NCBI GenBank assembly: GCA_037447435.1
Contig: JBBIGR010000024.1
Location: 1-64,000, forward strand
Length of the DNA: 64,000 nt
Source: Fibrobacteria bacterium
GTDB taxonomy: Bacteria; Fibrobacterota; Chitinivibrionia; Chitinivibrionales; FEN-1185
Direction: 5' to 3'
Shown here: positions 8,674 to 16,807 of the stretch, piece by piece
Layout of the letters: each line of letters starts with the position of its first letter
How positions within the stretch are numbered: position 1 is the stretch's first letter
Program-made: the position numbers and the translations under genes
Notes under the pieces: generated by a model
Told to the model about the DNA's origin: nothing
Seen by the model: the letters and a program-made list of their open reading frames with translations, nothing else
Databases searched by the model: none

Positions 8674-9381
8674 TTAATGGTTCTCCAATTCAATTCTTGC
8701 TATCGTCGTATCGGAACCGGAGTTGATTTCCAATTCGTAATCAAGCGATTTCACTGAGCCGTTGGGCTGCGGTGAAAGTATCCTGAGTTTATATTCGCAT
8801 TCATTCTGTTCGCATTCGCCTTCGGGCAGGTCTTTGATTTCAAAAGCACCCGTCGAGTCGGTACGGGAAAGTTTTTCCAACCCATACACTTGAACGTATG
8901 CATTAGCAGGCAACCCGGTAAGGGTGATTTTGCCGTAAACTTTTACCGCCGGTTTTACGATGCGCGTTGCTAAAACAAGTGAATCCTGTTTGAATGAAAA
9001 TTTATAGAGTGTGGCCTGTGTTTTTACCTTATTATCATTTACTTCCAAACAATATGAATATCCCGTGTCAATTGATGCGATCGCAAAATGTCCGCAGGTA
9101 TCGGTGGTCATAGTTGCCAGGGTGTTTCCATTAGACAACGGTTTTGCCCCGGAAGTGTCGGAAAGATATCCTTGCGTTCGTAGCCTGACAATAGCCCCTT
9201 TGACCGGCGTACTGTCCGCATAGATAACGTGCCCGGAAATAATACCGTTTCCAACGCCTGTTCCCGAACCGTTGCCCGAAGCAACAGGGGAAGTGGTGCA
9301 CGAAGCGACCAATAGTATTACGGCAAAAGCCATGAAGCATATTGTTTTCAATACGGCGGATGTCGGTGTCCGATCATTCAT
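8674..9381 (-). CDS. Lipoprotein with carboxypeptidase-regulatory-like beta-sandwich domains (start 9381 or 9390)
   Basis: Lipobox LVASC; Gly-rich linker; ISGHV...PVKGAIVRL and TDSTGAFEIKDLPEG motifs; overlaps the stop of the TIGR02147 gene. Confidence 0.7.
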   Translation of the reverse strand: MNDRTPTSAVLKTICFMAFAVILLVASCTTSPVASGNGSGTGVGNGIISGHVIYADSTPVKGAIVRLRTQGYLSDTSGAKPLSNGNTLATMTTDTCGHFAIASIDTGYSYCLEVNDNKVKTQATLYKFSFKQDSLVLATRIVKPAVKVYGKITLTGLPANAYVQVYGLEKLSRTDSTGAFEIKDLPEGECEQNECEYKLRILSPQPNGSVKSLDYELEINSGSDTTIARIELENH

Positions 9382-10225
9382 GATTTTCATCAATGCAATC
9401 CTTTGCAATTGGATAAAGCTGGAAGTTTACATGGTAAACCCTTCCGACATCGCTGTCATTGGAAACCATTTGCAAAATTTCGTCCCTGAATTCCTGGATT
9501 CGTTTCTTGATTTGTTCAAAACCCGTTTGGGAAATATTTACCGTGACATGCGAAAACTCGCGTTGCTCCAATGGAATGTCGTCGAGTGCGTTTTGCGCAA
9601 TGGACAACACTTGTTTATGGTACCGGCGAATGGCAAATGATTGATTCTCGTTTTTGGTATTGAGTAAGGGTGACGATTGGACAAAGCAATGGTCCGAGTT
9701 CAATTGGATCAATCCAAGACGTTTCAGGAGCGCAATGGATTTCCTGATTTTTGCCGGGGTGACTTTTTTCTCCAAGATCCGGGATAGTGATTCGAAATCA
9801 AGCGGTTCTTTTTTGTCTTTGATCAATTCGCGAATTGCGGGATGATACCATTCTCTGAAAAATTCGAGTTTGTCTTGTTCGAGAAATACGACATTTTTAT
9901 TCGACCGTTGCGAAGCAATGAGGCCGAAATAATAGTTTTTGTCGACACTGGTTTTTGCTTGTGCAAAAAAAACGAGATATGAAAAATATTCCGTTTCGTT
10001 TTTAGTAAAGCCAAGTCCGGTGGCGATTTTCGCAAGAGCATCTTTGCTGAGATTGCGTTTCCCATCCATGACAAGCTTCAGAAAATTCGGAGATGTAAAT
10101 CCTAAAGAACCGGCCATCAACCGGTGAGAATAACCGCGAACATTTTCTTTTTGCCACGTATAGTATGCCAAAAGAAAAGCCCGGTAATCGATAAATTCAT
10201 ATAGTGACGGTGGATGCATATTCAA
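9374..10225 (-). CDS. TIGR02147 family protein (Fibrobacter paralogous family, HTH-like N-terminus/DUF4423); start may be ATG 10219
   Basis: DYRAFL..YY, SHRLMA..LGFTSPNFL..VMDGKRNLS, WYHPAIREL, REFS, VYHVNFQLYP motifs. Confidence 0.9.
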   Translation of the reverse strand: MNMHPPSLYEFIDYRAFLLAYYTWQKENVRGYSHRLMAGSLGFTSPNFLKLVMDGKRNLSKDALAKIATGLGFTKNETEYFSYLVFFAQAKTSVDKNYYFGLIASQRSNKNVVFLEQDKLEFFREWYHPAIRELIKDKKEPLDFESLSRILEKKVTPAKIRKSIALLKRLGLIQLNSDHCFVQSSPLLNTKNENQSFAIRRYHKQVLSIAQNALDDIPLEQREFSHVTVNISQTGFEQIKKRIQEFRDEILQMVSNDSDVGRVYHVNFQLYPIAKDCIDENHE

Positions 10226-10529
10226 ATTTGATAGGTTTGTTAAACGTTAAAACTGCCTTGCAAAATTATTCCTTAAAGCTAAACTTTATTGATAGATATA
10301 ATATACTTATAATTATGAATTAAATTTCTAAAACATGTGAACAATTTATCATAATATATCACATAAATCAGAAAGTGTCAAATTAAATTTTTCACCTAGT
10401 ATACAAAAAAGTATGTAATGTATTGAAAAATAATTAGATAAAATAAAGATAAAAAAAATATAATAAAAGCTAGTATACAATAAATTTGTTGGTGCAAAGA
10501 ATAATTTATTGAAAAAAGTGGGGTAGCCA

Positions 10530-10574
10530 TAATGAAAAGGTTCCTTGATTTTTTTTCAAGGAACCTTTTCATTA
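10530..10574 (-). terminator. Perfect 19-bp inverted repeat, probable terminator of the 10608 gene
   Basis: TAATGAAAAGGTTCCTTGA-N7-TCAAGGAACCTTTTCATTA, ~35 bp past the stop codon. Confidence 0.7.
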
Positions 10575-10607
10575 ACCTAAAAACGAGCAAATTTTAACAC
10601 CCTTACA

Positions 10608-12059
10608 TCAGAACGAACCTTCGAAAATAAGCTCGGGGCGTGATGTCAGCTTTGAATCGTAAACCGTTTTTGGATTCGTAATAAAGAATCGAATCCGTGG
10701 CTTGATAACGAAATTTTTATTCACTGCCCATCCGTATTTTAAATCGAAAAATGGATACGAATCGTCTACCGTAGAATCTTTTGCGTCTTTATCGGTACTG
10801 TAATTGAAATCGAAATCAAGTTTTCCAGGGCCGAGTTTGACCGTTGTACCAACATTGAGGTTCATGCCCGAACGTTCGGATGGCTTCACGGCAATGGTTG
10901 ACGTATCCGAAGGGTTTAACGGGTTTTTTAGAGTCCTTGCTCCTGCAGCATAGGAATAGGTGTTGGCATTTTGAGCGTAACCGAATCCCGCTCTGAAATT
11001 TGCCATTTCGCAACATTTATAGGTGAAGTCGGCACCTGCGCCGATTTCCATATCTCCTTGGTTTGTTGCTTTATTAAAGCTGCGATCGACGACGGCATAA
11101 ACCTGCGGGGTTGCCGTAAGCGCATTGTACCCAAAAGGCAATTCACCGAGAAATTCGAGAGCGTCGGCATTGGTATTCCACGTGTTTGCGCCCGCGGCAA
11201 CTGCACGTTGTTCGATGATTGCGCCCATCAAATCGACACCGAGCTTAATGTCATCTTTCAGGATCGGCGCGCCGATTCTGAGGCCGGTTTGGCTAAGGTT
11301 TGTAACCGTTCCCCAAGGAGTATGAGCGGCGCCTATATATTTTTTGTTGTTAAGGATCGAAACGCCAAGCAAATCCATTAGCGGCGTACCTCTTACTGGA
11401 ATTATACCTGCCTGAATGTGCAAATAACCCGGGTCCCATTGTGCAAAAGCAAGACTGAACCAGGGTGTCATCGGATCTCTGTTTTTATAATAATTTCCCG
11501 GTATCCCTGTTGCGATATCGGTTCCATACCAATCGTTACCGATTTCAAACTGTAACAACGCCTGATCGTTCGGTCTGACTTTTACACCGAGTTTATAGCC
11601 AAGAGGATATTGGAAAGTGGCGCTCAGTGAATCGATCCCGTTTTTCGCTTTGTTGCTGCATATTTCTTCGCGAAGACGAAGCTGTGCCATTCCGTACCAG
11701 GTTAACAATGGCGATGCGGCAGCTGGCGAAGCCGGACATGCCGGACAGGTTGAATGAGATTTACAAGCTGTTTTGCCTTCCATAGGGCAAGCGGGCTTTT
11801 TATCGTTTTTTTGCGCTTCCGTTGCGACTATCGGAGCCGGGGAGGGGGAAGTTGTTTGCGTTTCGGTTGTTTTTTCGGTCGATGTTGCTGGCTGAGAATT
11901 TTCAACCGGAGCCGGTGCGACAGCTGGTTGTGCCGCGGCAGGTGCAGGAGCAACAGCCGGTTTTCCGGTTGTTGCAGGGGCTGTTGTCGATGTTGAGTCG
12001 CTAGCCAAAACAAATCCGCTAAAAACAAGTACTGTTAAAAAAGCACAAATCCTACGCAT
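10608..12059 (-). CDS. Outer-membrane beta-barrel protein with Pro/Ala/Thr-rich N-terminal linker
   Basis: Start re-assigned to ATG 12059 (RBS GGAGG, signal MRRICAFLTVLVFSGFVLA); amphipathic strands; C-terminal ELIFEGSF. Confidence 0.7.
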   Translation of the reverse strand: MRRICAFLTVLVFSGFVLASDSTSTTAPATTGKPAVAPAPAAAQPAVAPAPVENSQPATSTEKTTETQTTSPSPAPIVATEAQKNDKKPACPMEGKTACKSHSTCPACPASPAAASPLLTWYGMAQLRLREEICSNKAKNGIDSLSATFQYPLGYKLGVKVRPNDQALLQFEIGNDWYGTDIATGIPGNYYKNRDPMTPWFSLAFAQWDPGYLHIQAGIIPVRGTPLMDLLGVSILNNKKYIGAAHTPWGTVTNLSQTGLRIGAPILKDDIKLGVDLMGAIIEQRAVAAGANTWNTNADALEFLGELPFGYNALTATPQVYAVVDRSFNKATNQGDMEIGAGADFTYKCCEMANFRAGFGYAQNANTYSYAAGARTLKNPLNPSDTSTIAVKPSERSGMNLNVGTTVKLGPGKLDFDFNYSTDKDAKDSTVDDSYPFFDLKYGWAVNKNFVIKPRIRFFITNPKTVYDSKLTSRPELIFEGSF

Positions 12060-12317
12060 CCAGCCTCCTCGAATAAATGTGGGAAAATCATATTTGACAA
12101 TATTTAACGGCAAAATACCTTATAATTCTTTTGGAAAATAATTTCATGATATAATAAGTCGCAACGATTACGTGAAAAAAATCGCAATTTAAAGCGGTTA
12201 CGGGCAACGTGTCCGGCATATGGGGCAAGATACGCAATTTCAAAAGACGGTTTCCCTGATTCCGTTCTTTAAAAAGGAAATGCGAAAGTCTCGTTATACG
12301 AAACTTCCGCACTATAA

Positions 12318-12402
12318 TGCCCAAGACCGGAATCGAACCGGTACGGACGGTTAATCCGAAGGATTTTAAGTCCTTTGTGTCTACCTGTTCCACCACCTGG
12401 GC
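12318..12402 (-). tRNA. tRNA-Leu (anticodon TAA)
   Basis: GCCCAGG...TGGAACAGGTAGAC...GGACTTAAAATCC, long variable arm, GGTTCGATTCC, CTTGGGCA; CCA not encoded. Confidence 0.95.
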
Positions 12403-12458
12403 AAAAATTACCGAATTTGAATAGCCTAAAAATGACTCCGGCTTCGCGAAAAAGCAAG

Positions 12459-12492
12459 AAAAAACCCCTGAGATTGCTTATCTCAAGGGTTT
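12459..12492 (-). terminator. Rho-independent terminator after flgM
   Basis: Minus strand AAACCCTTGAGAT-AAGCA-ATCTCAGGGGTTTTTT. Confidence 0.75.
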
Positions 12493-12514
12493 ATTTTTTC
12501 AAAATTAAGGTGAT

Positions 12515-12805
12515 TTACAAAATTTTTTGCTTGAGCATCCGTTCCAAAACCGTATCGAGGGTTCTGTCTATGGGGTAGTTGTTATTTTTTATTTTTTCCT
12601 GAATCTTTTCCACAATAGGGATTCTAATTTCCGGCGCTTGATTAACAACGTCTTTAAGTTTTTGCATGCTCATTGACGTATCTGAGAAATCGACGACTTC
12701 CTTAGGCGTGCTTTGGCTTTTAGACGCTTCCGGCTTTTTGTTTAGTTTAGAGCTTGGATCGTATAACGGTGATCCGTAAGCTGCTGCAATTGTGTTTATA
12801 TTCAT
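12515..12805 (-). CDS. flgM: Anti-sigma-28 factor FlgM (96 aa; start re-assigned to ATG 12805)
   Basis: VVDFS...APEIR...VEKIQEKIKNNNYPID...LERML pattern; RBS GAGG; upstream sigma-28 promoter. Confidence 0.8.
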   Translation of the reverse strand: MNINTIAAAYGSPLYDPSSKLNKKPEASKSQSTPKEVVDFSDTSMSMQKLKDVVNQAPEIRIPIVEKIQEKIKNNNYPIDRTLDTVLERMLKQKIL

Positions 12806-12829
12806 AAAAACCTCTATAATTCTTACTGG

Positions 12830-12915
12830 GGTATTCTTCCATCCCTGGAAGTCTGTCCGTCCCTGGTCTCCCCATTTTATTTCCATCCGTGGTGAGGGGT
12901 GAGTCCCTAACTCAT
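12830..12915 (-). promoter_or_regulatory. 5' leader with clustered ANGGA hairpins (CsrA/RsmA-site-like)
   Basis: TGAGTTAGGGACTCA, CCACGGATGG, CCAGGGACGG, TTCCAGGGATGGAA within ~85 nt. Confidence 0.65.
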
Positions 12916-12920
12916 TATAG

Positions 12921-12948
12921 TTATCGGTATTGGTGCATTCCGGCTTTA
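12921..12948 (-). promoter_or_regulatory. Sigma-28 (FliA/SigD)-type promoter
   Basis: TAAA-N16-ACCGATAA against consensus TAAA-N15/16-GCCGATAA, upstream of flgM. Confidence 0.75.
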
Positions 12949-13013
12949 ATGATATGGGCAATAATTTATTTCCCTCACTAAGCATCGATGGCCGGGAGGC
13001 TGGCTATTGCTCT

Positions 13014-13901
13014 TTATTTAGTAACCAGAGGGATTTCTTTATCCAAATACCGGATATAGCCTTTAGACCGTGGAGTATTCAAGGCCGATAATGCGAGTTT
13101 GGCGTTATTGTATACCATTTCATTGTCCGAAAGAATATAAAAACCGGAAAGGTCTTCAAGTTCAACCGAAGTTATTTTAATTTTCGAGATGACCCATAAC
13201 CCCGATGCCCTCATAAAATTATCACTATTCTTAAGCATTTCCAGCAAATCCGGCTCAATATCCGAATAACCTAAGGTGAAAAGCGCTTTAAGCACATTTC
13301 CGCGGATTCGATTGTTCGGATCTTTACGGTATCGAAGGAGGATCGGGATGATCTTTTTATTACCCACTGCTTCGAGGGCTTCCACGGTATTTGCTTTTAC
13401 CCGTTTATCCTTATCGTTGAGCAGCGAAAGAATGAGCTCCTGATTTTCCGGGCCAATGATCCGCCCCAAAAGGTTTACCGCGGTTGCGCGTATTTTTTCG
13501 TTTCTATCCTGCACAAGGGTAGCCATGAGTTCCCTGATTTTCGGATTCTTTTTAAGCAATCCCAAAATCTGAATGGCCCGTATTCTCCTGTCGTTATCGT
13601 CGCTGTACAAATCCTTGACGATTTCATCGATAACCAACGGGTCCAGCGTTTCCATGATCGTGCCAAGTTTTTGCCGAACTTGGGGCTCTAATTCCTGGAA
13701 ATGGGTAATAAGATTTCCGCGGATCAGGTCGCTTGCTGATGACACCGCCTGGTTTTTTATTTGCGCGTTGGCGTTCTTCGTGTAATTGAGTATTATTTGT
13801 AAGTCGGGCAGTTTTCCGAACTTTCCGATTAATTGCAGCCCTTTTGCAACTGTTTCGGGGGATGGGGAATTGAGACTTTTTTTTGCATTTTCAAGGTTCA
13901 T
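13014..13901 (-). CDS. HEAT-repeat protein
   Basis: Repeated LxDxxxRVR/IRAxAVxxLG units; ATGA overlap with the uvrB stop. Confidence 0.85.
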   Translation of the reverse strand: MNLENAKKSLNSPSPETVAKGLQLIGKFGKLPDLQIILNYTKNANAQIKNQAVSSASDLIRGNLITHFQELEPQVRQKLGTIMETLDPLVIDEIVKDLYSDDNDRRIRAIQILGLLKKNPKIRELMATLVQDRNEKIRATAVNLLGRIIGPENQELILSLLNDKDKRVKANTVEALEAVGNKKIIPILLRYRKDPNNRIRGNVLKALFTLGYSDIEPDLLEMLKNSDNFMRASGLWVISKIKITSVELEDLSGFYILSDNEMVYNNAKLALSALNTPRSKGYIRYLDKEIPLVTK

Positions 13902-15895
13902 TTCGTTCTCCGCAATTCCTGTATTTTGTCTCGCAACTTTGCCGCTTTTTCGAAATCGAGTTTGGCTGCGGCTTCCTGCATTTCTTTTTCCAATTTTTTT
14001 AGAACTTGTTTCGAATTGAGCGTTTGTGAGGGGCCTGTTTCATAGTGGCCGGATTTTTCCCGGACAAGATCGGTGACAACCGGTTCTTTACTTTCGCCAT
14101 CGATAAAGGCTGAAAATTTGTCCTGTATCCTTCTTTCGATGGTTTTAGGCGTAATGCCGTGTTTCGTGTTATATTCGATTTGCTTTGTCCGGCGTCGGAG
14201 GCTTTCCGCAACGGTCTTTTTTATCGAATCGGTCATCACATCCGCATAAAAAATGATTCGGCCTTCCGAATGACGAGCCGCCCGGCCGGAAATTTGTATA
14301 AGCGAACGGGCGGATCGTAAAAATCCTTCTTTGTCCGCGTCCAAAATAGCCACAAGACTTACTTCCGGTAAGTCAAGGCCTTCCCGCAGCAAATTTATCC
14401 CGATGAGAATATCGAACTCGCCGAGCCTCAGATCGCGCACGATATCGGAACGTTCGAGCGTTTCTATTTCAGAATGAAGATATCGGACCTTGAAATCGAG
14501 CGAGACGAGATATTCCGTCAGGTCTTCGGCGGTTTTTTTTGTCAGCGTCGTCACCAACGCCCGTTGTTTCTTTTCGACAATACCGCGAAGTTGCTCTATC
14601 AAATCGTCTATTTGGTTGGTTGCGGGTTTTATATCGATGACCGGGTCGACCAGACCGGTAGGGCGAATGACCTGTTCCACAAATACGCCCCCGCTCTTTT
14701 TTAATTCGTAATCGGCGGGGGTGGCGGATACGTATACGACGTTGTCGGTCATGGTTTCAAATTCGTTAAAACGCAACGGTCGATTGTCCAACGCGCAAGG
14801 AATCCTAAACCCATGCTCGACCAAGGTCTCTTTTCGCGCACGGTCGCCGTTGAACATTCCGTTGATTTGAGGAATTGACGCGTGCGATTCATCGATTATG
14901 AGCAAATACGGCTTTTTGAAAAAATCGATCAACGTATACGGTCGGCTTCCCGGTTCCCTGCCGTCGAGTATGCGCGAATAATTTTCGATGCCCGAAACGA
15001 ATCCGACTTCCCGAAGCATTTCGATATCGTAAAGGGTCCTTTGTTCAAGGCGCTGGGCTTCCAAAAGTTTTCCCTTTGCCCTGAATGCGGCAAGCTGCTC
15101 CTGCAATTCCCGATGGATTTCCAACACCGCTTCTTCGAGGTCGACGCGCGATGTCGTAAAATGTTTTGCCGGGAAAATAGGGATTTCGTCAAAACTCGTG
15201 ATGATTTTTCCCGTAAGCGGATGGATTTGACGAATATATTCTATCGTATCGCCGAACATTTCGATTCGCAAAGCCATTTCGTCGTATGCCGGCTGCAATT
15301 CAATGGAGTCGCCCCGTACTCTGAATGTTCCACGCTCCAAGATAAGATCATTTCGGATATATTGCATCCGAGAAAGCTTGCGGAAAAAGTCGTTTCTGTC
15401 CAATTCCATATTTTTTGCAATTTTAATACTGGCTGCCAAATATGAATCAGGCGATCCGATATTGTAAATGCAGGAAACACTTGCAACGATAATGACATCT
15501 TTTCGAGACATGAGAGAAGTGGTTGCCTTTAAACGCAGTCTGTCGATTTCGTCATTTATTTCCGATGTTTTTTCGATATAGGTATCGGTGGACGGTATAT
15601 ATGCTTCCGGTTGATAATAATCATAAAAGCTGACAAAATATTCCACGGCATTTTCCGGGAAATAGCCTTTAAATTCCTGGAAAAGCTGTGCAGCAAGTGT
15701 CTTATTATGCGATATGATCAACGTCGGTAACTTTATTTGCTGGATGACATTTGCCATGGTAAACGTCTTACCTGAGCCGGTAACTCCAAGTAAGGTTTGA
15801 TGCTTGACGCCCTTGTTCAAACCGTCGACAAGTTGTTTTATTGCGTCAGGCTGATCACCTGCGGGCTGAAAATCAGAAATGAGTTTAAATTCCAT
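13898..15895 (-). CDS. uvrB: Excinuclease ABC subunit B
   Basis: PAGDQP, GVTGSGKT, YYQPEAY, DESH, C-terminal UVR motif FEKAAKLRD. Confidence 0.99.
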   Translation of the reverse strand: MEFKLISDFQPAGDQPDAIKQLVDGLNKGVKHQTLLGVTGSGKTFTMANVIQQIKLPTLIISHNKTLAAQLFQEFKGYFPENAVEYFVSFYDYYQPEAYIPSTDTYIEKTSEINDEIDRLRLKATTSLMSRKDVIIVASVSCIYNIGSPDSYLAASIKIAKNMELDRNDFFRKLSRMQYIRNDLILERGTFRVRGDSIELQPAYDEMALRIEMFGDTIEYIRQIHPLTGKIITSFDEIPIFPAKHFTTSRVDLEEAVLEIHRELQEQLAAFRAKGKLLEAQRLEQRTLYDIEMLREVGFVSGIENYSRILDGREPGSRPYTLIDFFKKPYLLIIDESHASIPQINGMFNGDRARKETLVEHGFRIPCALDNRPLRFNEFETMTDNVVYVSATPADYELKKSGGVFVEQVIRPTGLVDPVIDIKPATNQIDDLIEQLRGIVEKKQRALVTTLTKKTAEDLTEYLVSLDFKVRYLHSEIETLERSDIVRDLRLGEFDILIGINLLREGLDLPEVSLVAILDADKEGFLRSARSLIQISGRAARHSEGRIIFYADVMTDSIKKTVAESLRRRTKQIEYNTKHGITPKTIERRIQDKFSAFIDGESKEPVVTDLVREKSGHYETGPSQTLNSKQVLKKLEKEMQEAAAKLDFEKAAKLRDKIQELRRTK

Positions 15896-15952
15896 GCCCT
15901 AAAGATAAATAAGGCGCAAAAGACCATATCATTCGAAATACTATTAATATTC

Positions 15953-15997
15953 TTGAAAAAAATGGATATATACGGTATATTGTTAGATGGGTCTAAC
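15953..15997 (+). promoter_or_regulatory. Sigma-70 promoter with DtxR/MntR-type operator
   Basis: TTGAAA(15953)-N17-TATATT(15976), followed immediately by palindrome GTTAGA-TGGG-TCTAAC (15982-15997). Confidence 0.75.
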
Positions 15998-16053
15998 TAG
16001 ATTAGTACCTGTGTATAAAAGTATAGGTATCTACGAGCGGAGGATAGTATATA

Positions 16054-16779
16054 ATGCAAAAGATAGTATTATCGCCGACCCTGGAAGATTATCTCGAGGC
16101 AATTCTTCAGATAACGGCTAAGCATCAAGTCGCCCGATCGATGGAAATTGCGGAAAAGCTACATGTCAAGCGATCGTCGGTCACTGTTGCGCTTCGATCG
16201 TTGGCCGATAAAGGACTCATCAATTATCAGGTACGATCGTTTGTCACATTGACCGAAAGCGGCCTGAAAGCCGCGAAATGCGTTGATAAACGGCATCATA
16301 TCCTGCATGACGTTTTTACCGATATTTTGAATCTTCCCGAAGACGATGCAGATGCGGCGGCTTGCGCAATGGAGCACGGCATGACGGAAAATGTTTGCAG
16401 GAAAATGACCGCACTTTTAATGGCCTTTAAAAACAATAATCAAGATACAAAAAAAGTTTCCGACTCTCTTGAGGCGAATTCGCAAAAAATCGACTGCAAT
16501 AAAAATTGCAATTACATCCCTTCGCCCGTTTTTACCAAGAGCGAAGCTCAATTATTCGACTTGAATTCTATAAATCCGGGCGAATCGGCAATTATAGATC
16601 GAATTATCGGCACAGGGGTTTTAAAAAAACGCCTTCGCGAAATGGGGATCACCAGAGGGCAAAAAATTCTGGTTGTCCGGTCCGCGCCGCTCGACGACCC
16701 GATCCAAGTGCGGGTCAGAAATTTTAATCTTTCGTTGCGACGGGAAGAAGCTGCGACCGTATTGGTTGAAAAATGTTGA
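16054..16779 (+). CDS. DtxR/MntR-family metal-dependent repressor fused to FeoA domain
   Basis: EDYLEAI, HTH, RH, ACAMEH; C-terminal RLREMGI..G......APLDDPI.VRV...LSLRREEA. Confidence 0.92.
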   Translation: MQKIVLSPTLEDYLEAILQITAKHQVARSMEIAEKLHVKRSSVTVALRSLADKGLINYQVRSFVTLTESGLKAAKCVDKRHHILHDVFTDILNLPEDDADAAACAMEHGMTENVCRKMTALLMAFKNNNQDTKKVSDSLEANSQKIDCNKNCNYIPSPVFTKSEAQLFDLNSINPGESAIIDRIIGTGVLKKRLREMGITRGQKILVVRSAPLDDPIQVRVRNFNLSLRREEAATVLVEKC

Positions 16780-16807
16780 TTGTAATATTTGTAAATAGGA
16801 TGTCGTT

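Noticed and set aside
10396..10590. 64-aa hydrophobic ORF
   Set aside because: AT-rich intergenic sequence spanning the terminator hairpin; TTG start, low complexity.
1..12402. Cytochrome cluster as a tRNA-anchored genomic island
   Set aside because: No integrase, transposase or duplicated tRNA 3' end seen, and no obvious compositional break; the left boundary is outside the window.
12088..12457. ORFs 12088-12396 and 12269-12457
   Set aside because: They overlap tRNA-Leu; spurious.
12806..12985. N-terminal 60 aa of the 156-aa track ORF
   Set aside because: It spans the sigma-28 promoter and leader; FlgM similarity and the RBS begin at ATG 12805.
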